This document shows positions 35,334 to 40,067 of a stretch of 40,067 bases of DNA, piece after piece. The stretch lies in NCBI GenBank assembly GCA_038248345.1, contig JBBRXO010000012.1:1-40067 (forward strand), given 5' to 3'. A model generated the notes under the pieces. It was not told the origin of the DNA and did not search any database. It saw only the letters and a list, made by a program, of their open reading frames with translations. This DNA is from Armatimonadota bacterium (GTDB taxonomy: Bacteria > Armatimonadota > Hebobacteria > CAIYQO01). The position numbers and the translations under genes are program-made. The first letter of the stretch is position 1. Every line of letters starts with the position of its first letter.

Positions 35334-37226
35334 ATGAAATTCCGCTTTCTATTGCTCATAATTGTCATAATCTCGCTATATATCAGTGCAGCGAATGCGG
35401 CATTGCCGCCTGTGATCCCACTGAGACCGCTCTTTGCGCCCGTAGATCGTTGCCTGGCTACGCTTTCGCCGGATAACTCTAGTGTAGTATATCTCGGTGC
35501 GCTGCAGCAAAACGCCCGCAAACTACTGGTGCGCACACTGGCGACGGGTGACGAGGTTGTCCTTGATAGTATCCCCGGAGGAAGACTGCGCGACCTGCAT
35601 TGGAGCGAAGATGGAAAAACTATCTACTGCCAGCACGATGACGAAGATGCTACCTGGCACGCACAAGTTTACTTCCTGCCCGCAGGGAAATCGCTAGTTA
35701 TCTCTCCACGCACCTGCAATATTATCGACGTGAAACCGGTGCCGAACAACCCTGCCCAATTCCTTCTACGCGGCACAGAAGATGCAAAGACGGTACTCTA
35801 CCACTCCGAAATAACCAGCGAAAATGGGAGCAAATCTGCACGAATCATCCTCCCTGTCGGCATGAATGATTGGAGTATCGCCCCCGGTGGAACGATGATC
35901 GCTGGCGTACGCAACCGAAAAGACGGGGCGCGCCGCCTGGAGCTATTCTCCCCCACTCTAGCAGATAGCAAGCAAGAGCAACCGACAGTAAAGTACGAGT
36001 GGGGTATCGGTGATCAGGGGAAATTGTTCGGCTATACTGAGAATGGCAAGGCGCTCATCATCTCCAGCGACAAAGGCGCACCAACCATCCGTGTCCTGCG
36101 CATCGATGCCGAAACCGGGGGAGAGACCGTCCTCACCGCTGATGAAGAATACGACGCCACCAGCACCGCACAGGACAGCGCCAGTGTCTACGCAGTGATG
36201 ACCGAGAAAGAGAAGCCCGTCTGGACACCGCTCGATGCCGGGCTGACCGACGATTTTGCGCTGCTGGCCAATGCTGAAAGCGGGGCCTTCAATATCTCGT
36301 GCACTAACCGCACTGATGCGTACTGGCTGGTGAGCTACTTCTACGACACCTCTACCGAAAAGATATTTATCTATGAGCGTGCCACTAAGAAACTCACTCT
36401 CTTTTATGCAACTAACAAAGACCTGGGTAACTACCAGCTAGCGGCTAAACACCCGATAGAATTTGCCGCACGCGACGGGTTGAATATCCACGGCTACCTC
36501 ACCACTCCAGTGGGGATTCCCGCCAAAAACCTGCCGCTGATGCTGCTGGTGCATGGCGGCCCGTGGAACCGTGACCGCTGGATATATTCGCCCACGGTAC
36601 AACTATTGGCTAATCGAGGCTACGCCGTGCTGCAGGTGAATTTCCGCGGCTCCACCGGTTATGGGCGCGACTTCCTGGCGGCGGGTAATCACGAATGGGG
36701 CGGGGCAATGCAGAATGACCTCAGCGATGCCGTCGCCTGGGCGGTCAAGGACGGCGTCGCCAATCCCAAACTCATTGCGATTATGGGTGCTTCCTACGGC
36801 GGTTATGCCGCGCTCTGTGGGCTATCCTACACTCCCGAGCTTTATGTAGCTGGTGTAGCCTTCGCCGCCCCCAGTAACCTGGCGGCGCTACGCAGCTATC
36901 GCGGCAATACGCACACACCCTCCGGGGCATCAGAGGACTCCGCCATCGGCAATCCGGCTACCGAGAAAGACTTCCTCAACAGCCGCTCGCCGGTAAATGT
37001 CCTCACAAACATCAAAGCCCAGCTTCTCATCGGACAGGGTGGCAAAGATGAACGCGTAAAACAGCAATTTACCGATGAACTAGTACTGGGAATGCAGAAA
37101 GCGGCTAAATCTGTCAGCTACTACCTCTACCCCGATGCCGGCCATGTACTGACCAAAGAACCGGACATCATTGATTATTACGGACATGTCGTAGAGTTTT
37201 TGGGGCTGTATCTGGGAGGACGATAG
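35334..37226 (+). CDS. S9 family (prolyl oligopeptidase-like) serine peptidase, secreted
   Basis: Signal peptide; VHGGPW, NFRGSTGYG, GASYGG, KDERV, DAGH. Confidence 0.95.
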   Translation: MKFRFLLLIIVIISLYISAANAALPPVIPLRPLFAPVDRCLATLSPDNSSVVYLGALQQNARKLLVRTLATGDEVVLDSIPGGRLRDLHWSEDGKTIYCQHDDEDATWHAQVYFLPAGKSLVISPRTCNIIDVKPVPNNPAQFLLRGTEDAKTVLYHSEITSENGSKSARIILPVGMNDWSIAPGGTMIAGVRNRKDGARRLELFSPTLADSKQEQPTVKYEWGIGDQGKLFGYTENGKALIISSDKGAPTIRVLRIDAETGGETVLTADEEYDATSTAQDSASVYAVMTEKEKPVWTPLDAGLTDDFALLANAESGAFNISCTNRTDAYWLVSYFYDTSTEKIFIYERATKKLTLFYATNKDLGNYQLAAKHPIEFAARDGLNIHGYLTTPVGIPAKNLPLMLLVHGGPWNRDRWIYSPTVQLLANRGYAVLQVNFRGSTGYGRDFLAAGNHEWGGAMQNDLSDAVAWAVKDGVANPKLIAIMGASYGGYAALCGLSYTPELYVAGVAFAAPSNLAALRSYRGNTHTPSGASEDSAIGNPATEKDFLNSRSPVNVLTNIKAQLLIGQGGKDERVKQQFTDELVLGMQKAAKSVSYYLYPDAGHVLTKEPDIIDYYGHVVEFLGLYLGGR

Positions 37227-37247
37227 GGGGTTCGTTGATCCCACGCA

Positions 37248-37344
37248 TGTAGGGGCACAAGGCTTGTGCCCACGTTGTAACCATACCTTCAATTGATAAT
37301 GACTCCCATACCCGTATCGAGGGCACATGCCATGTGCCCCTACA
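37248..37344. repeat. REP family D inverted doublet
   Basis: GTAGGGGCACAAGGCTTGTGCCC ... GGGCACATGCCATGTGCCCCTAC; the classic GTAG + hairpin REP form. Confidence 0.88.
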
Positions 37345-37439
37345 AATATACCTGCACCTTGTAAGCAAGCAAAAAACAAGGAAAAATGACAATCGCGTAG
37401 AATGATATAGCTAATAGTGACAGAAAGAAGAAACCAATT

Positions 37440-39686
37440 ATGTCGTGGTTTACGCTGCAAAAATTAAAATCGAAGGATCAGGCGGCACGTTGTGATGCGG
37501 TGCGCGAGATTGCGCGCGAGGGAGACATTGAGCATATGCTACCGATGCTCTCCGACGCCTCGGCTATGGTACGCGTGGTCACCATTAAGGAACTGGCCCG
37601 CTTGCGCGCTACTGCCGCGCTAGAGCCGCTCTGTACGGCGCTGCAGGATATTGATATTAACGTCCGTAAGGTCGCTGCAGAGGCGCTGGCGGAAATTAAC
37701 GACCCTATAGCTATCACCCCATTGCTAGAGGCGCTGGGCGACGTGAATCGTGAAGTACGCGCCTGTGTCATCGCCGCCTTAGTGCGCTTCGGGCCCTCCG
37801 CCCTGGAATCTGTCATCGGCGCTTTAGGTGATCCAGATGATGATGCCCGGCGTGCCGCCGTCAACACCCTGGTGCAGGCAGGTTTCGGCACTGTACCCGC
37901 ATTACTCGATGCCCTGCACTCTTCCGATGCCTATGTCCGGCAATCCGTCTGTGAGTGTCTGGGCAAACTGGGCGGCACGGATGCGATACCTACGTTGTAT
38001 CAGCTTTTACTGGATGAGAATTCACGGGTACGAAATGCAGCGGCGCAATCATTACAGCTTTTACATTGGAAACCACTCGACGCGGGCGAATATGCCACCG
38101 TGATGTTAGCAATCGGCAAGTATAAAGAAGCCGTAGCGCATGGGATCGTCGCGATTCCCGCCCTGACCGCCCTGCTGGCGGCCGAAGAGATACCGGTGCG
38201 GATGACAGCGGTGAAGGCGTTGGCGCATCTGCGCTTGCCCGAGTCCATTGACCCGCTGGTGTCCGCCTTAAGCGATAGCGACGCGAAAGTACGCCGAACC
38301 GCTGCCGAGTTGCTCTTCGCCCTTGGCTGGCGACCCCAGACTCCACTACAGGTTACCCTGTATGCTACCGCTACTGAGCTATTTGATTCATTAGAGGCGG
38401 ACAACGCGGATCCAGCGCCATTGCTGAAATTACTCCATGACGTCTCCCCCGAAATCCGCCGCCGCGCCGCTCTGACGATGGGCCGCTTGCAGCTGACTGC
38501 CGCTGTGCCGGAGCTACTCACATCTTTGCAGGATGCAGATGACAACGTGGCCGCCAATGCCGCCACTGCGCTAGGCCTGCTGGGCGCGCAGAGTGCCACC
38601 ACCGAGCTACTGCTGGCGCTCGCCAGTGGGCGTCTGCCCTTGCAGCAGGCAGCAGCCAGGGCGCTGGGCAAACTATGCAACGCCAGCGCGCTGGCCCCGC
38701 TGAGTGAGCTGTTGACCTCGCCTACTCCCGCTCTACGCGCGGCGGTGATCCGGGCGCTGGGCGACATGGGTGCCGAGGAGAAGATATCGGCCCTCATCGA
38801 CGCTTTAACCGATGTGGATATGACTGTACACACCGCCGCCCAGGATGCCCTACATGCTATCGGTGTCCCGGCATTGGCGGCGCTGGGGGCGGCGCTCTGC
38901 ACGCCGGATGACCTGAAACGGGAGATGGCCGCACTGGCGCTGGAGAAATTCGCCAAGGATGCCGTGCCGGTGCTCATCTCCGCCCTGCAAGGTGACCATG
39001 CGGAGGGGAGAAGAGTAGCGGCCTCTATTCTGGGACGGATGGGCTGGGAGCCGACATCCTCGGAAGAAAAAGCCTGGTTCTACCTGATGCGCGGGGATTT
39101 CACCGCTTTGCTCGAACAGAAAGCTGACGCGGTAGGGCCGCTGATTATCGCACTGAAAGACCGCGACCCCGCGATACGCGCATTGGCGGCCAGCGCCCTG
39201 GGAGATATCAAAGACCCGTGCGCGGCCATACCGCTGACACAGGCATTCCGCGAGCAGGATATGGATGTGCGGAAAAAAGTGGCCCAGGCGATTATCTCCG
39301 TCATGGGTGCTGATGCGTATAAACCGCTGGTAGCGGCCCTGGATGATTCACTCGCCTATGTACGCAAGGAAGCAGCCTACGCGCTGGCAAAGCTGCACCA
39401 TCAGCTGGCCGTGGTACCGCTCATCGCATCCCTGAAAGACCCGATCGACGAAGTCCGCATCGCCGTCTCCTTCGCTCTCGGCAAGTATGGCGATACCCGC
39501 GCCATAGACCCACTGATAGACCGCCTGCGTGACGCCAACCCGGAAGTACGCTCCACCGTGGCCAGAGCGCTGGGCGAGATCGGCGACACCCGCGCCCGTG
39601 ATCCGCTACTACACCTCCTCCGCGAGGATAACTACCGCGCCGTCCGCGAAGCAGCAGCAGAAGCGTTGGGGGTGTTTGATAATTGA
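37440..39686 (+). CDS. HEAT/PBS-lyase-like repeat protein
   Basis: Many LxDxxxxVRxxAAxALG repeats throughout; no signal peptide. Confidence 0.93.
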   Translation: MSWFTLQKLKSKDQAARCDAVREIAREGDIEHMLPMLSDASAMVRVVTIKELARLRATAALEPLCTALQDIDINVRKVAAEALAEINDPIAITPLLEALGDVNREVRACVIAALVRFGPSALESVIGALGDPDDDARRAAVNTLVQAGFGTVPALLDALHSSDAYVRQSVCECLGKLGGTDAIPTLYQLLLDENSRVRNAAAQSLQLLHWKPLDAGEYATVMLAIGKYKEAVAHGIVAIPALTALLAAEEIPVRMTAVKALAHLRLPESIDPLVSALSDSDAKVRRTAAELLFALGWRPQTPLQVTLYATATELFDSLEADNADPAPLLKLLHDVSPEIRRRAALTMGRLQLTAAVPELLTSLQDADDNVAANAATALGLLGAQSATTELLLALASGRLPLQQAAARALGKLCNASALAPLSELLTSPTPALRAAVIRALGDMGAEEKISALIDALTDVDMTVHTAAQDALHAIGVPALAALGAALCTPDDLKREMAALALEKFAKDAVPVLISALQGDHAEGRRVAASILGRMGWEPTSSEEKAWFYLMRGDFTALLEQKADAVGPLIIALKDRDPAIRALAASALGDIKDPCAAIPLTQAFREQDMDVRKKVAQAIISVMGADAYKPLVAALDDSLAYVRKEAAYALAKLHHQLAVVPLIASLKDPIDEVRIAVSFALGKYGDTRAIDPLIDRLRDANPEVRSTVARALGEIGDTRARDPLLHLLREDNYRAVREAAAEALGVFDN

Positions 39687-39747
39687 GAGGGGATGGACGG
39701 CCACAAGGTGGCGAATGCCATTGCCACGGGTGAATAATGAAATGTAA

Positions 39748-39776
39748 CCGCCCGCCCTGTGGTTTAGGGCGGGCGG
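39748..39776. terminator. 11-bp GC hairpin between convergent genes
   Basis: CCGCCCGCCCT / AGGGCGGGCGG; no clear U tract. Confidence 0.5.
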
Positions 39777-39809
39777 CACTCGATTATAATATTCAGATAT
39801 GTGTGACTA

Positions 39810-40067
39810 TTACTTTCCTCGAGTTAATGGCCCCCAGCTAATTAATGGCCACTCGATATCTCGAAAGCCTCTGTAATCTAGCTTCCCCATTAAACCAAAT
39901 GGTATCTTATCCTTCGGAACATAGTAGAACATCCCCATCAAACGATAATGAGCTAGCCGATCATCTATATTTCCAGAGACACGCCGAACATTTTGTCCGT
40001 TGATATCGGCAATGCATATAACATTCCCTGGCCCCTTTTCTTTAGTATACGCAGTCAGAGCGATAGT
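39810..40067 (-). CDS. 3' end of a gene entering from the right, possibly TolB-like
   Basis: 85-residue open frame plus stop, TIALTAY...ICIADINGQNVRRVS...LISWGPLTRGK*, resembling a propeller blade. Confidence 0.6.
   Translation of the reverse strand, partial: TIALTAYTKEKGPGNVICIADINGQNVRRVSGNIDDRLAHYRLMGMFYYVPKDKIPFGLMGKLDYRGFRDIEWPLISWGPLTRGK

Noticed and set aside
39810..40067. Suspected frameshift in the terminal partial gene
   Set aside because: Re-reading shows one continuous open frame to the TAA at 39812-39810.

Overview
Core-like chromosomal segment of a moderately GC-rich bacterium. The gene content (tmk-darA/pstA pair, GSI-alpha glnA, TrpB2, many signal-peptide TolB/HEAT/FAD proteins) suggests a Terrabacteria lineage such as Armatimonadota, but this is inference only. 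It contains dnaG, a degenerate amidohydrolase, a 62-aa Cys-rich protein, darA/pstA, tmk, trpD, arfB, a sugar epimerase, trpB2, a secreted double-HMA protein, three Gfo/Idh/MocA oxidoreductases, three tandem ~1000-aa secreted double-FAD-domain/HEAT proteins, dnaJ, rpoZ, tRNA-Trp, tRNA-Asp, a ThuA-like gene, glnA, a PAS-HisKA-only protein next to a REC-HD-GYP protein, a PaaI thioesterase, HtrA, galE, an orphan 2-oxoacid oxidoreductase gamma subunit, a TolB-like protein, an S9 peptidase and a HEAT-repeat protein. No transposase, integrase, phage gene or CRISPR array is visible. Many intergenic spaces carry several families of palindromic REP/REPIN/MITE-like elements, some nested. The best novelty candidates are the triplicated exported flavoprotein cluster, the kinase-less PAS-HisKA + HD-GYP pair, the nested palindromic repeats, and a likely pseudo-amidohydrolase after dnaG. 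All calls come from motif reading; no database searches were run.
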